Shown piece by piece: positions 63,779-64,000 of a stretch of DNA of 64,000 nucleotides. Position 1 is the stretch's first letter; every line of letters starts with the position of its first letter. A model generated the notes under the pieces. It searched no databases. It saw only the letters and a list, made by a program, of their open reading frames with translations, and was not told the DNA's origin. Made by a program: the position numbers and the translations under genes. This stretch comes from Alphaproteobacteria bacterium (lineage in GTDB: Bacteria > Pseudomonadota > Alphaproteobacteria > Elsterales > Elsteraceae): assembly GCA_013298565.1 (NCBI GenBank), contig JAAFIC010000007.1:3196-67195 (forward strand). Direction: 5' to 3'.

Positions 63779-63932
63779 GCCGGCCTCTCCTTATCGGTCG
63801 CGCCCCTGCTGGAAGCTGGGCTGTCGGCTTCTTAGGGCAAGATCCGTTCCACTCGTGAAAAGATCGTCAGCCTGCGCGTTTTCACGGGTCACGCCGCAAG
63901 CGCGCCTCATTTTTTGACCAAATGAACAATTG

Positions 63933-64000
63933 TTAAGCAGGATGCGTGGCGATCCAGTGGTGGGCGATGTCGATGCGCCGCGTTACCCACACCCCTGAGT
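63933..64000 (-). CDS. Possible 3' end of an upstream minus-strand gene (partial)
   Basis: The frame ...SGVWVTRRIDIAHHWIATHPA* has GC-rich third positions and ends at TAA 63933-63935. It is too short to identify. Confidence 0.25.
   Translation of the reverse strand, partial: SGVWVTRRIDIAHHWIATHPA

Noticed and set aside
63779-64000. A possible TPP (THI-box) or other riboswitch might lie upstream of the NMT1/THI5-like SBP gene.
   Set aside because: The minus-strand leader lacks the CUGAGA and ACCUGAUCUGGAUAAUGCCAGCG cores. The GGGGTG-like stretch at the window edge is better explained as the 3' end of an upstream coding frame with GC3 bias.
1-64000. I looked for mobile elements, prophage, a genomic island, tRNA or rRNA genes, and CRISPR arrays.
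   Set aside because: I recognised no transposase, integrase, recombinase, phage structural, or Cas-like translations in any frame. I saw no tRNA-like cloverleaf candidates or long terminal inverted repeats. Base composition is uniform except for short AT-rich promoter spacers.

Overview
This is a GC-rich, gene-dense chromosomal segment with about 60 protein-coding genes. I saw no rRNA, tRNA, CRISPR array, transposase or integrase. It is almost certainly alphaproteobacterial, because it carries a complete PhyR-NepR-EcfG general stress response module with GGAAC-N16-CGTT promoters. Contents from left to right: (1) 1-7549: a minus-strand six-gene operon of orphan proteins. It encodes a 209-aa protein, two paralogous glycine-repeat proteins, a tandem lipase-3-like protein lacking both nucleophile serines, a third glycine-repeat protein, and the first 821 codons of a giant protein that runs off the window and is absent from the ORF track. 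An Asp/Asn beta-hydroxylase-family gene is divergently transcribed across an AT-rich spacer. This is my best candidate for an undescribed system. (2) 8681-19080: an eight-gene chemosensory cluster (triple-CheW, receiver-like protein, CheA, CheW-like protein, REC-PAS-class III cyclase, MCP, CheR, CheB). Its apparent output is a nucleotide cyclase rather than a flagellar CheY. (3) 19222-24915: a general stress response island. (4) An oxidoreductase and an orphan MCP. (5) 28216-33484: a PotABCD-like ABC importer bracketed by two TIGR00725/LOG-like paralogs, with a DeoR regulator next to it. (6) metE behind a cobalamin riboswitch. (7) A peptide-deformylase homolog lacking two of its three metal ligands. 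(8) 37845-47262: an allophanate hydrolase plus two cysteine hydrolases, a DUF3225 protein, a GntR regulator and a BMP-type ABC transporter, which looks like biuret/triuret-type catabolism. (9) Arginase, ornithine cyclodeaminase and Lrp. (10) mmsA. (11) A flotillin/NfeD pair. (12) An ade-xdhCBA purine operon with a NitT/TauT-type ABC transporter. All functional calls come from motif recognition by eye in the supplied translations. No database search was run. Start codons are best guesses from ATG/SD context.
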